From Octopus vulgaris (lineage: Eukaryota), in the NCBI GenBank assembly GCA_951406725.2, contig OX597827.1:48732001-48796000 (forward strand): a stretch of DNA of 64,000 bases, written 5' to 3'. A model generated the notes under the pieces. It was not told the DNA's origin, searched no databases, and saw only the letters and a program-made list of their open reading frames with translations. Both the position numbers and the translations under genes were made by a program. Each line of letters begins with the position of its first letter. Positions within the stretch are counted from its first letter, which is position 1. This document shows, in pieces, positions 1 to 13,882 of this stretch.

Positions 1-167
1 AATGTCAATTTCCTTGGCTTTGTGTTTATGTTGTCGTTTCTCATTGTGTTTCAACCTTTTTTTGTGGTATCCTGTACCCATATATGCATGTATATATACA
101 TGTAGAGGTAGGTACGTACATATATGTATGTACATATGCATATGTTTCATTTATTTATTAATTTTAT

Positions 168-172
<5 letters not shown>
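1..172 (+). repeat. Dispersed repeat fragment, homologous to 59750-59912 (opposite strand)
   Basis: aatgtc.atttccttgg.tttgtgtttatg..cctgtacccatatatgc..gtaggtacgtacatatatg is shared by both loci. Confidence 0.8.
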
Positions 173-209
<37 letters not shown>

Positions 210-213
<4 letters not shown>

Positions 214-856
214 GATCAAAATAAAAACATGATGCGAAGGATTCAGCGGTACATATGTTTCGGGCCTTTATTAGACAGATTTATAACAATGCATAATGTA
301 TGTCTGTGGCCTTCTTCAGCCGCGCACAACAGCTTCCACAAGGACATGTGTTACATCAGAAATTCTTGGTTGGGGATGCAAATCCTCCCATTCGCGTACG
401 ACATAATGCGGCAGCAGCATAGAATTGAAGCGTCCATCTCTTTCTTCTCTCAATGTAGGATGAGGAAAAATGGATGTTGAAGTAATGTAAATAAATAAAT
501 ACATGTATATACGTGAAGATGGGCGAGAATTCAGGACGAGGGATAAAAAATGTATAAAAAGTGTAAGTATAGAAGAATATAAAAATGTAGAGCATAAAGA
601 TATAAAGAGATATAAGGAGATGTAAAGGGGGTATAAAGAATATAAAGAAATATAAAGAAATATAAATAAATGTAAAGGCATAAGGTTATAAAGTAAAACT
701 AGAAATAGAAATAAAAATAAAAGTAAAAAAACATGATAAAAATGTAACAAAATATAAAAAAATATAAAGATAAGGGATGTATAGAGGTTAAGGACCAAGC
801 ATGGTGGTCAGGAGATTGATAAAATTTAGTTGTAGAATTGTCAGTAAATCAACAGT
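210..856 (-). repeat. Inverted copy of PLE 3' terminal repeat (647 bp)
   Basis: Position x pairs with 4444-x, with only a few mismatches. Confidence 0.95.
246..323 (-). ncRNA. Type I hammerhead ribozyme (PLE pLTR, inverted copy)
   Basis: Reverse complement of the motif at 4121-4198. Confidence 0.8.
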
Positions 857-2299
857 CTATACAGAGACGACGCTCTCTTCATATACCCCACCAACAATAG
901 GAGTAAACTAGAAAGAATTAGGAAAAAGATCAGGCTTTTTTTCAAATCCTTCAATCTTAAACTAGAATTTATGACCAATACTAAAATAGTAAACTTCTTA
1001 GATGTTACGTTAGACCTGAATAAGCACCTTCACCACCCGTATAGGAAACCCGAAGAAACTACCAAATACATCCATACCTCTTCCAACCATCCACCCTGTA
1101 TAATTAGCACCACAGTCCAAGCCATCTCAGACAGACTGACAAAACTATCCTCTAATAGAGAAATTTTCAATAATCACGCACAACACTACAACCAGGCTCT
1201 CTATAGTGCCGGGTATAACCAGAGAATATCATATGTAGACTACCCGGGAGCGTCCGTCTGCCATAAAACTTCCAATTATAATCGAACTCAGCACTCAACT
1301 CACACTAGCGATAATTCTAATTTAAACTCCAAACAACGTATAGGAAATAGGCGAACTAATAGAATAGCACACAATAGTAACCCTCCCGACGAGAACAATA
1401 TAGATCCTATTAGGAGAAATAGAAGGGATAATAGATTACGCAAATACATATGGTTCAACTTACCTTACAACTTAGCAGTTAGGGGTAAGTTATGTAAGAG
1501 AATATTCTCTATCATTTCCAACAACTTCCCACCCACCCACAAGTATAGAAGTATCTTCTCCAACAAAACCATTAGGATTTCCTACTCTACCCTGCCCAAC
1601 ATGAGCTGCCTCATAGCTAAACATAACTATATTAATATTAGAACAGCTAGATCAAGAGCAAACCATAGCGACCAACAGAACCCCCCTCATCTAGACAGTA
1701 GACAATATAACCAGACTGGCAGCCATACTACCCAAACAGTTAGTAATAACTCCCGCCAACACAACAGAGGAAATACTACACCCATCAACAACCAGGAGGA
1801 TATCAACGCCCCCACTCGTATTGCAACACCTCCGCCTGGGATTAGTAGCACACGACCGAATAATGCAATGCAATGCAACTGCAGATGTGCATCAGAGTGC
1901 CCGCTGCAGGGCGCATGACGGGCGAAAAACGTAATATATTCATGTGAGGTGAGTACCCAGTTTAACACACTCACCTATATTGGTTGCTCAACCTCCTGGA
2001 AATCCAGATACTACAACCACCGGTCCTCGCTGAGACACAGACATAAGGCTAACAGCACCTCCCTTTCTAAAAGAATTTGGGAATTAAAAGACAAATGTAT
2101 AGGCTTCAAACTCAGATGGTCCATCATCGGATCAGCTGCACCTTATTTAAATAATAGAGCAGGATGCCAACTATGTTGTGTAGAACTCCTGAACATCTTG
2201 AAATTCAAAGACAAACACAATCTTATTAACAAAAGGTCAGAGTTCAAACCATCCTGTATACACAAACTTATTAATACTTTCAAATACTACAAAGCTTAG
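857..2299 (+). pseudogene. Penelope RT/GIY-YIG endonuclease ORF, 5'-truncated, one in-frame stop
   Basis: One frame reads LYRDDALF..RIRKKI..KIVNFLDVTLDL..PYRKP..YIHTSSNHPP..IWFNLPY..CNCR..CPLQGA*(TGA 1916-1918)RAKNVIY..TYIG..WKSRYYNH..LSKRIWELK..CQLC..E..LINKRSE..CIH. Joins track ORFs 971-1918 and 1949-2299. Confidence 0.92.
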
Positions 2300-3587
2300 G
2301 TTTTATACCAACTCCCCCATGCAATTTCCTCCCACCCGGTGCAACCTGTCGGCTCCAGCACATCCCGCTTTCCTATATGTGCGTGTATATGCGTATGCGT
2401 GTGTGTATGTATATGTATGCGCACATATGTGTACGTATATGTACATATATATATATATATATATATATGTGCGTGTGTGTGTGTGTGTGTGGGTGTGTGT
2501 ATGTGCATATATGTTTCCCTGCATTTTCCTCCTATATATACAAATTTTGTCTCCCATACATGACTTCTTTTCCCTAAATATTTCTTCTCCTACACCCATA
2601 TCCTTCCTATATAGTCTCTTTACTTCCCTATATCTATACCCTTTCACATTTCTAACTCGGATGTTGAACGCACACCGCCAAACTCCACTTCCCACCCTTC
2701 CAATTTTTCAGTTCCCCCCGCCCGCCCCTACGTGGACACTTTTAACACACACCTCTAACTTTCAACCACATTCATCTCATGTTGAATTATATTTTTATCT
2801 TATTTTATTTTATTTTATTTTTACTCTTATTCTACTTCCATTTATTCTCATTTTCATTTTCATCCCTTACCTTAACTCTTATAATTTTTATAATTTTTAT
2901 ATTTCATTTCTAACTATTACATTGTATTTCTTATTTTATACTGTATTTCTTACTTTTATTTCTAATTTTTACCCTTACCCTCATTCTTACCCCTAACTTA
3001 TCGCTTTACATCTCTATATATGTTTATTTACTTACCTATAGATCCACTTTTGACTATGCAAGCGTCCGTGTACGTATGTATACGCATACATACATAGACG
3101 CGCGCATATATGTACATGCATATTTTGATATCTTATAGCTATACCCATATGTCTCTGTGTGTGTGTGTAGGTGTATGTGTGCACGCACATACGTACACAC
3201 AGCCGTGTGTGCGTGCACGCATAGACGTGATTCCTTTAATATCTTATATCTAGACCTGGAAGCGTGAGCATATGCGTGTGTGTATGTAGTGATGAGCGCG
3301 CGTATGTACATGTGAGTGTGTACACGTATAGTGTCCGTGTATACATGCGGATATTCTGTTGTATGTATGTATATGTACGCACGTGCGTGTGGGTGTGTGT
3401 GTGTTTATATGAATGTTTACACGCGAGTGCGTGTGTATGCTTATAGGCTTGGAGGCGTATATGTACGCGTGTATATGGGTGTGTGTATCCATGTTGGATA
3501 TGTATGTACTAGAAGTCCAAATAATTCAAGGAACCAGATTAAACGCTCAACAGCTCTGATTTACAACGCATTAGGTCCCCAGACGAA

Positions 3588-4234
3588 ACTGTTGATTTAC
3601 TGACAATTCTACAACTAAATTTTATCAATCTCCTGACCACCATGCTTGGTCCTTAACCTCTATACATCCCTTATCTTTATATTTTTTTATATTTTGTTAC
3701 ATTTTTATCATGTTTTTTTACTTTTATTTTTATTTCTATTTCTATTTTTACTTTATAACCTTATGCCTTTACATTTATTTATATTTCTTTATATTTCTTT
3801 ATATTCTTTATACCCCCTTTACATCTCCTTATATCTCTTTATATATTTATGCTCTACATTTTTATATTTTTCTATACTTACACTTTTTATACATTTTTTA
3901 TCCCTCGTCCTGAATTCTCGCCCATCTTCACGTATATACATGTATTTATTTATTTACATTACTTCAACATCCATTTTTCCTCATCCTACATTGAGAGAAG
4001 AAAGAGATGGACGCTTCAATTCTATGCTGCTGCCGCATTATGTCGTACGCGAATGGGAGGATTTGCATCCCCAACCAAGAATTTCTGATGTAACACATGT
4101 CCTTGTGGAAGCTGTTGTGCGCGGCTGAAGAAGGCCACAGACATACATTATGCATTGTTATAAATCTGTCTAATAAAGGCCCGAAACATATGTACCGCTG
4201 AATCCTTCGCATCATGTTTTTATTTTGATCAATT
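3588..4234 (+). repeat. PLE 3' terminal repeat (pLTR) region
   Basis: Reverse complement of 210-856, contains the hammerhead. Confidence 0.95.
4121..4198 (+). ncRNA. Type I hammerhead ribozyme (PLE pLTR)
   Basis: GCGG-CTGAAGA-AGGCC..GGCCC-GAAA-CATATG-TA-CCGC. Stem I GCGG/CCGC, palindromic stem III, predicted cleavage after GUA at 4194. Confidence 0.82.
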
Positions 4235-4328
4235 TACTCCACCACCTACACCACCAAACGGTATACACAGGTGCTTATAATTATCAAGTACTCACCCCGA
4301 ATTTCTATATATATATATATATATATAT

Positions 4329-4700
4329 TCTTTTACTCTTTTTCTTGCTTCAGTCATTTTCACTGCAGCCATGCTGGAGTACCGCCTTCAGTCCAGGAAA
4401 TCGACACCAGGACTTATTCTTTGTAAGCCCAGTACTGATTCTATCGGTCTCTTGTGCCAAACCGCTGAGTTACGGAGACATAAACACAGCAGCAACAGTT
4501 GGTGGGCAGACAAACACACACACAAACATATACAAAAACGTACACACACACACACACATATATATGTGTGTGTACGACGGGCTTCTTTCAGTTTCCGTCT
4601 AACAAATCCACTCACATGGCTTTCGTTTGCTCGAAGGTATTGTAGAAGGCACTTGCCAAGGTCAACGCAGTGGGACTGAACCCAGAACCATGTGGTTGGT
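4329..4700 (-). mobile_element. tRNA-derived SINE family A, head truncated
   Basis: Matches the reverse complement of the full copy at 22968-23457. Confidence 0.85.
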
Positions 4701-5658
4701 GGTTGGGTGTGTGTGTGTGTATGTGTGAGTGTGTGTACGTATACGTGTTTGTACATACGTACATAAATAAACAAATGTGTGTGTATATTTGTGTGTGTGT
4801 GTGTATATATATAGGTTTATGTATATCTTCACACATATACACAGACGCAGGCATGCGCACACATGTACACACATTTACATGCGTACCAGCACAAAGACAC
4901 AGGTGTACGCACACAAACGTATTTATGTATATTTGGTTTTTAGCTTCTTCATTGATTTGCGCTGTATTTCCGGAGACGTGGACTAATCGCTGTGCATTAG
5001 GTGTGTTACATTGGATGACACCCCATCGTACATGGGCCGGCTTGTCGCAAATATCGAAACAGGAGGAGCCATTAAAATTAAAATCCTTCACAGGTGCACC
5101 ATGGCATGAAAACACACACATACCGAGACATACATTCATACATATATATATATATATTATGTGTAGATATTTATGTATACACATATATACTTACATATGT
5201 GTGTGTGCATACATATTTATAGTTTCAATCATACAAGCACAAATAGAGAACCACACATACACTCACACACAAACACCATACACGTTTTAGTACGGTGGGT
5301 TGTATGAAAAGAATCGATAACATCGTTGAATTCGGTTGTAAGCACGTTACATCAAAGTTAAACGCTATAGGCGTAACATATGTTTTACTGATTTTAGAAG
5401 TTCCTATTGAAGTGTGTGTTTTAAGTAGACGGAATAAACATGCCTCGATGAGAAATATATCAGAGACACAATTAATATAAATATCGTTCCCTTCACCAAC
5501 CACTTGAAATAGCTACCTCTCCAAAGTGATGAACGCAACAGCGAATAATATGAGCGTATGTATGTATGTATATATATATATATATGTATATGTATATATG
5601 CATGTGTATATGTATATATGCATGTATATATGTATATGTATATATGTATATATATATG

Positions 5659-5689
<31 letters not shown>

Positions 5690-5832
5690 GTATATATATG
5701 TGTATATATATGTACATATATATATATGTATATATATATATGTATATATATGTATATATATGTATATATATATGTATATGTATATATATATATGTATATA
5801 TATATGTATATATATATATGTATATATATATG

Positions 5833-5875
<43 letters not shown>

Positions 5876-7158
5876 ATGTGTGTATATATGTATATATATA
5901 TATGTGTGTGTGTATATATATATATATTAAATGCGTGCCGATATATAGTTCTTAATGCATGTATCCAAATTTGTATACATGCATATTTATGCGTGTGTGT
6001 GTGTGTGTGTGCGTGTTTACCGTTACTGTAAACAGTCTTATTCACTTCATTATATTTTCCTTCCAGCGCTGGTTTTCTGCTCAACCAAAAAGAATAACAT
6101 CTTAAATGCTTTCTTCTTATTTTTTTCTATTATGAATAGTTAATATACGTAATGTTTTTCATTAATAGCAGCACCAAGTTTTAAAACGAAGACAGCACTG
6201 GTACTTTTGAGGCTTTGAGGGCGTTGTTTCATCTCTTAGTTATTGGCGGCACGTATCCATCCTCTTGCGTCGTACCTTCTTTAGAATGACAATCGATTAT
6301 TATATAATGTAGTCCTGTATACGTCTACAAAAACGGGAGGGTTGTGTCGAGAGAAATGCGTTGTAATATTTATTGACATTTTACTTTCAGTGTTCAAATC
6401 TCATGAGAGTAAATTGGCTTTCCATATTTCCAGGATCTGTAACTAAATTAATATATCCTTCAAGAGACCATATAGATAGTTGGCAGATTTGATAGTTTTG
6501 GATGGAATACCTTGAAGTGTTTGTTCTACTTCTTTCCGTCCTGTGTTCAAATACATATATAATTTACTTGGCAGAGACATTAATTTGAAGCCCGGTTCAT
6601 CTCCACACTATTGCATTTTCTCTATTATAAATCGGACTCTCTAATATATTCTACGTCAACTACTTCATTGACCAAATAATATGTAATTGATTGAGGGTAA
6701 CCAATACTGACACTAATTATACCTTCCCTCCAATAATATAACCACGCCATGCGTGAAGTGGTCAGTGACTTCGCTTGTAAACATAAACGTCTACAGACAT
6801 ACCCAAACACACATATCTGTTTATACATACATCTATACTCATCAGTTTTAAGCATATCACTATAGATTTTCTACAGAGTCAAGAGACAGCAATACAGGTT
6901 ACGACGGTCCACGGAAGAATACCGCTCCTGTAAACAATGCGATCGAAAATGAAAATAATTAATGAGTGTATATGCTATTACACACGCATGAACATATTAT
7001 TTAAATGCCTACTAGGTTTCCCGGTGTGACACAACTGGATAGACCTAATTACATATTAAGCTCCTACCTACGCAAAGTACACACATAAAGACACACAAAT
7101 ACACTCATATACTCACATATATATATACATTTATACGCGCATATATAAATGCACACAA

Positions 7159-7196
<38 letters not shown>

Positions 7197-7206
7197 GTGT
7201 ATTTAT

Positions 7207-7245
<39 letters not shown>

Positions 7246-7258
7246 AGTGTGTGTATAT

Positions 7259-7305
<47 letters not shown>

Positions 7306-7344
7306 TTCATATATATATATATATATGTGTGTATATATTATATA

Positions 7345-7636
7345 GTGGAAGCCAATGGCCTAGTGGTTTGAGCAGTGGACTCGCGGTCGAGGGATCGCGG
7401 TTTCGATTCTCAGACCGGGCGACGTGTGTGTGTGAATATAAGCGAAACACCTGAGCTCCACGTTGTTCCGGCAGAAGGTAATGGAGAACGTCTACTGACT
7501 CTTTCGCCACAACTTTTTCTCACTCTTTCCTCCTGTATCTTGCAGCTCACTCGCTACGGACCGGCGTCCCGTCCAGGTGGGCAACCTATACGCCAAGGAA
7601 ACCGGCCCTTATGAGCCAGGTATAGATCGAAAAGGT
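7345..7636 (+). mobile_element. tRNA-derived SINE family B
   Basis: A-box TGGCCTAGTGG, B-box-like GGTTTCGATTC, homologous to copies at 9799, 36360, 39779. Confidence 0.85.
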
Positions 7637-7709
7637 ATAAATATATTTATATATATGTATATATATACATATATATTATATACAGGTGTATATCTTTTAT
7701 ATGTGTGCG

Positions 7710-8398
7710 TGTGTGGTAAGAAGCTTGCTTCCCGACTACATGTTTCAGGTTCAGTCCCACTGCATGGTACCTTGGTGCAAGTGCCTTTTACTAAAAGCCT
7801 TGAGCCGACCAAAGCCTTACCGTCGGGTTTGGTATAAACTGAAACTGAAAAAAACCCGTAGTATATATGTGTGTGTGTGCATATATATATGCGTATATAT
7901 CTTTGTGTGTCTCTTTGTGTGTTTTCCCCTCCATCACCTCTTGACAACAGGTGTTGATGTCTAAGTCCCCGTACCATAGCGGTTCATCAAAATGTGGAAG
8001 ATAGAATGAGCACTAGGCTTTAAAAAATATGTCCTTGGACCGATTTGTTCGACTAAAACCCTTTGAGCCGGTGCTCCAGCATGGCCGCAGTCAAGTGCCT
8101 GAAGCAAGTAAAAGAATTAAAGGAATATGTGGACGGAAACTGAAAGAAGCCCGTCGTATATATGTATATGTATATATATATATACATATGTGTGTGTGTT
8201 TGTGTGTCTGTAGTTGTCCCCCCAACATCGCTTGACAACCGATGCTAGTGTGTTTACGTCCCCGTAACTTAGCGGTTCAGCAAAAGAGACCGACAGAATA
8301 AGTACTAGGCTTAGAAAGAATAAGTCCTGGGGTCGATTTGCTCGACTAAAGGCGGTGCTCCAGCATAGCCGCAGTCAAATGACTGAAACAAGTAAAAG
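7710..8398 (+). mobile_element. SINE family A: one copy (7710-8120) plus a tandem 3' half (8131-8398)
   Basis: Both parts end in GGTGCTCCAGCAT.GCCGCAGTCAA.TG.CTGAA.CAAGTAAAAG. Confidence 0.85.
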
Positions 8399-8495
8399 GT
8401 TAATACAGACATACAGACATACATACATACATACATACATACATACATACATACATACATACATACATACATACATACATACATACATACATACA

Positions 8496-9770
8496 TACGC
8501 GGGTCGGCAGCAAAGTTCCGACGCTGGCCAAGATACTCTCATTGATCCAAAGGAGTTTTATTTTCTCCCTTGCGCTCCCCGCACTTCTTCCATCGGTGTT
8601 GCAGTGCTTGTATCCCATTCGTGTTAGTCAAAAATCACATCAGCAGCGAATGAGACGTCATTATCACTAAAATACTGGTTCCCAGCCAATTTTATTTTTC
8701 AGGTTGGGTACCAGTTGATAGTCAGATGGGGCCAAATCAGGAGAATAGGAAGGGTATTCAACCACTTTAAAATCACAGCAGCCATTGAAACCGACACATG
8801 TATGCTGGGGCATCGTCCTTCTGAAACGAGACCCCTTTTGCCAGATTTCCTGGACTTTTTGTCTTGATAGCCTTTCGTAGCTGCTCCAGCAAGTTAATAC
8901 GTTATTGTACATTGATGGTGTGGCCCTTTTGAAGATAGTCAATAAATATAATGCCTTTTGCGACCCAAAAATCTGAAGCCGCGTCACATTCCGTGCAGAT
9001 GAAACTCCCTCGGCATCTTTACGGCTGGTGAGGAGGGGTATTTCTACTACGTGGGTTGTCTCAAACTGACGAAACCAAAACTCATCCTGGCTAAGGAAAC
9101 GTTTCAAGAAAACCATTTGGATTTGTCTCAAACAAGGTTAGATTTTTCAGTGGTGTAATTAGCCTGGTGCGCTGTTGATCAGGTGTCACAAGATGTCGCA
9201 CTGTTGATCAGGTGTCACAAGATGTCGCACACACCGAGCAGGAACCTTCGTCATGGCAAGTTCATTGTGCAGAATATTCTCACCTCTCTCACTGGATATG
9301 CTAATAGCATTGTTCGTTTGATTTATAGTGAATCGAATGTCATCCATCTCTATGTGATAAACACGATCAATGTTTTCCTCGCTAGCGGTATTTGCAGGAC
9401 ATCCAAACCTTGGGACATCTTCAATATTCCCTTCCCTCTTAAATTCCGTTGCCCACTTTTGCACTGCTGATAAAGCTGGAGCGTCACCCCCTAATGTAGC
9501 ATCCATATGAACATGAGTGTCCTCGGGACTGTTTCATTTTTTTTTTTACGGATACTCGCTAACACTGCGATGCCAAATGTTGTCCATTTTCAAGAGATAT
9601 CGCCAGTAGTTACATTTGATATCTTCTTTGAGCAGTTGGATATCAGTTTACCCGAAAAAAAAGACATAGTTATTTACATAAAGTGTTGAAATTAATGAAT
9701 GAAAGTGTTCGCAGCTCTACTATCACTCATTCATACACAGCACATGAACTCTTCAGCTCGCTGTCGAATA
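8496..9770 (-). mobile_element. Degenerate mariner DNA transposon (irritans/Hsmar2-like)
   Basis: Minus-strand frames give LGGDAPALSAVQKWATEFKR..EDVPRFGCP..ILHNELAMTKVPARCV and YPSYSPDLAPSDY. Length about 1.27 kb, decayed TIRs bounded by TA, multiple frameshifts. Confidence 0.88.
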
Positions 9771-9798
9771 CATCCTTCAAATTTTTAAATCTATTTAT

Positions 9799-10060
9799 GC
9801 GCCCCTTTTCTATGGCGTATGTGTTCCCCCCAGCTGGACGGGACGCCAGTCTATCGCAGCGTTACCCAAGAAGCAGGAAGAAAGAGTGAGAGAAAGTTGG
9901 GGCGAAAGAGTACAACAGGGGTCGCCACCCCTCCCTGCCGGGGCCTCGTATAGCTTTAGGTGTTTTCGCTCAATAAACACACACAACGCCCGGTCTAGGA
10001 ATCGAAACCGCGATCCTCCGACCACGAATCCGCTGCCCTAACCACTAGGCCATTGCGCTT
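9799..10060 (-). mobile_element. SINE family B
   Basis: Reverse-complement homology to 7345-7636. Confidence 0.85.
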
Positions 10061-11147
10061 ACACATATCCTTCAAAAACTTCAGTCAAAACAATCATTAG
10101 GGGACAGTCATGCTGGAGCACCGAATTGGACCTTTTAGTTAAATTTGTTTGACTAGAACGTCAAAAAAATCGACTCCATATTATATAGGTCTCTTTTGCC
10201 CAACCGCTGAATATCTATCTGTCTATATATCTATCTATCTATCTATCTGTCTGTCTATCTATCTACCTATGACTATACTGTTGGATGTTTCCTCCCTTTA
10301 AGCTAAGGCTATGCTATAAGATGTAGCATGCTTGGGCTGTTTGTATATGCAGGTTGAAGAAGCAAACATAGAGGACCAAGACGGCTATAAATTTATTAAA
10401 TATAAAATAGCTATATACAGCTACTTTCAAAAGTACAAACTTCAATAACCACTTCGTGTAATATTTTTACTATGAAAATATAATAACATTTATTAACGTC
10501 AAAGGAAAATTTTGATTGAATTGTGGAAATTAATGCATGAATCCTATGGTTTTCCCTTTCATAACAGCACAGCTTGAAACAAGATTTCATCGATCAACTG
10601 CGTAGGAAATTAATAGAATAACTACGCAAAACGTACGTATGCACGCATATGTCTGCTTGTATGTATATATGTAAGGCTATATGAGTATATATCTATAAGA
10701 TTTGTACGTGCGTGCCTCTGTGTGTGTGTGTATGTACATGAACTTGCGACAGGATTAGTGTAAACAGTGTAAAATACATCATAGAGCAGCCCAACACAGA
10801 ACAAAAAGCGGAAAACAAATAAGGAAAAGGAAATATATATAGATAACTAACTCACTAAATTCATTAGATCTAGCAAAACATGATTGAACAGCGGTGTAAC
10901 ACATAAACTCATAAACATGAATGAACCGGTTGTTTCAGATATGTCTGCATGCATATATGGAAAGGCGTGTGTGTGTATGTGTGTGTATATACATACATAC
11001 TTATATATATATACACATATATATATATATAAATATATATACATATATATATACATATATATACATATATATATACATATATGTATACATATATATATAC
11101 ATACATATATATATATATATATACATATCCACACACATATTTATATA

Positions 11148-11189
<42 letters not shown>

Positions 11190-11278
11190 CAACTTCAGAG
11201 CAATACGTTCTTGTATTTTGAGATATACAAGTAGTTATATGTCAGCGCGCGTGTATGAATGTATGCATATATATATAT

Positions 11279-11315
<37 letters not shown>

Positions 11316-11464
11316 TGCTGTATCTGTTTGTACGTGCTTGGTTGTATATACAATTTTCTGCCGCATATTAGCATGCCTTACATCTACTTATATCCCAGTC
11401 CTTTAATAACAATAATAGCAATAACAATATTAATAATAATAACAACAACAACTACAACAATCAT

Positions 11465-11523
<59 letters not shown>

Positions 11524-11713
11524 TAATAATAGTAATAGTAATAATCATTGTGATGGTGATGATGATGATTATTATCACCATCATGGAAAATTATTAATAA
11601 GTGTATTAATAAATAAAACGGATGATGATGATAACAATAATGATAACGATAATTTTTATTATTTTTATTATTATTATCATTATTATTATTATTATTATAA
11701 TCATTATTATTAT

Positions 11714-11745
<32 letters not shown>

Positions 11746-11827
11746 CTTGTAGTGGTGGTGGTAGTTGTAGTGGTGGTAGTAGTAGTGGCGGCGGTGGTGT
11801 GCGGTAGTAGTATTTGTAGTAGTATTT

Positions 11828-11888
<61 letters not shown>

Positions 11889-12602
11889 TCATCATCATCA
11901 TCATTATCCTTATTATTATTAGCATTATTATTGTTCTTGCTGTTATCATGACTACAACATCAACAACAAATAGTAATAATAATGAGAGTAATTATAAAGC
12001 TATGAAACAGATAACGCGATACATCAAATGGAACGAACAAACAAATCAAAGTACCGATTGAAATTAGTAAGTGTTTAATGGAGAGCGAAAAACATTGTTC
12101 AAAATATCATATGAATACTATAGCGTAAAATCAAACGTAGATATATATATATATATATATAAGTGAATAAATAAATAAGCAAACAGCAAAATATATTAAC
12201 ACAGCGTTTATTTATAGTCTTAAATTAGATGATAAAGAGTAAATTTTACGACTTCTAATCGTGCAGTCAATCAGTCGTGACGTAGTTTATATTATTTTGT
12301 TAGACGAATATCGATAGATTTAACATATTTATATATATATATATATATGAACAAATAGCTTTCACAACGTTCCCAATAGTGCTAACCGTTGTTATAATAT
12401 TTATTATACTTATTATTTGAAAGACTAAAATGATAAAAATTTCGGAATGCTTATTTGTATTGTCATAGTAATGTGTTTGATGTTGTACCTCTTCGGTGGT
12501 TATTCGATTTTTGTTTCTTTTTTTTTTGGTCTTTCATTTTCCTTTGCATTAGACCTTTGCGTGAATATATATATTATATATATATATGTGAATATATATA
12601 TT

Positions 12603-12766
<164 letters not shown>

Positions 12767-13010
12767 TTATTTATTTATGTATATATATATATATATGTAT
12801 GTATATATATATTCTTTTTTTAGTTTATTTTTTTAACGTTTGCCTTTCTGTTTTACATGCAGTCATTATGGCCTACAATGGGACATGATATTGAGACAGA
12901 TGCACATGTAGATAAACGAGAAAATCAATGAATTTAACATGTAGCGATAAAGGAACGTTGAAAGAGAAACTAACAAATCGGCATGTGTATGGATATGTGT
13001 ATGAGGAGTC

Positions 13011-13092
13011 GATGAGGTGGCCGAGTGGTTAAGGCGACGGACAGCTAATCCGTTGGGATATACCCTCGTGAGTTCGTATCTCATCCTCGTCG
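13011..13092 (+). tRNA. tRNA-Ser(GCT), probably a pseudogene or variant
   Basis: 82-nt cloverleaf: acceptor GATGAGG/CCTCGTC, D-arm TGGCCGAGTGGTTAAGGC, stem ACGGA/TCCGT around GCT (13044-46), long variable arm, T-arm GTGAG-TTCGTAT-CTCAT. Invariant U33 is A and A58 is T. Confidence 0.85.
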
Positions 13093-13103
13093 GTTTCTTT
13101 ATA

Positions 13104-13544
13104 GGCTCAGGAGTGGCTGTGTGGTAAGTAGCTTGCTTGCCAACCACGTAGTTACGGATTCAAACTAACTGCGTGGCACCTTGGAAGTGTCTTCTACTAT
13201 AACCTCGTGTCGACCAAACCTTGTGAGTGGATTTGGTAGACGGAAACTGAAAGATGCCCGTCGTATATATGTATATGTGTGTATGTGTGTATATACATAT
13301 ATATATGTGTGTGTGTGTGTGCGTGTGTGTGTGTGCGTTTGTGTTTGCGTCTCTGTGTTTGTCCTCCAACATCGCTTGACAACCGATGGTGGTGTGTTTA
13401 CGTCCCCGTAACTTATCGGTTCGGCAAAAGCGACCGATAGAATAAGTCCTGGGGGGAGGGGTCGATTTGCTCGACTAAAGGTGGTGCTCCAGCATGGCCA
13501 CAGTCTAATGACTGAAACAAGTAAAAATGTAAAAGAGAAAAGAG
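13104..13544 (+). mobile_element. SINE family A, full length
   Basis: GGAGTGGCTGTGTGGTAAG head, internal microsatellite, conserved 3' tail. Confidence 0.88.
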
Positions 13545-13582
<38 letters not shown>

Positions 13583-13595
13583 AAAATATATATAT

Positions 13596-13655
<60 letters not shown>

Positions 13656-13775
13656 ACAATCAAGGAACGGCCATAATAGGCCATTCACCCACTAGAAATA
13701 ACAGCCAAAAGCTTTAACCGCAAAATAACGTCAATTCCGTAAACCAGGAGAAAATTGAAAAACATTTACCCTGTA

Positions 13776-13882
13776 ATTTCTTAGACGATGCACCGTTTCA
13801 TCTTCTGTTTAATGGAAAACTAACCTGATTAAATTAAATCAACCCAATCTACCATAGGCCCTTAGATTCATCAGTAAGAAAT
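13776..13882 (-). ncRNA. Type I hammerhead ribozyme, array copy 1
   Basis: ATTTCTTA-CTGATGA-ATCT..AGAT-GAAA-CGGTGCATCG-TC-TAAGAAAT on the minus strand. Confidence 0.9.

Larger units (their letters stand above)
210..4234 (+). mobile_element. Penelope-like retroelement (PLE), 5'-truncated, with inverted pseudo-LTR
   Basis: RT C-terminal half plus GIY-YIG frame at 857-2299. 210-856 is the near-perfect reverse complement of 3588-4234. Each repeat contains a hammerhead. Left end abuts (TA)n. Confidence 0.93.

Noticed and set aside
1916-1918. TGA at a Cys position as selenocysteine
   Set aside because: A single TGC/TGT to TGA change in a truncated copy is simpler, and no SECIS was identified.
3547-3596. 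Second hammerhead (TCAACAG..GACGAAACTGTTGA)
   Set aside because: No CUGANGA and no NUH at the required place.
5404-6084. Long ORFs rich in Y/I/C/V/H/T here and throughout the track
   Set aside because: Translations of (TA)n, (TG)n and (TACA)n microsatellites.
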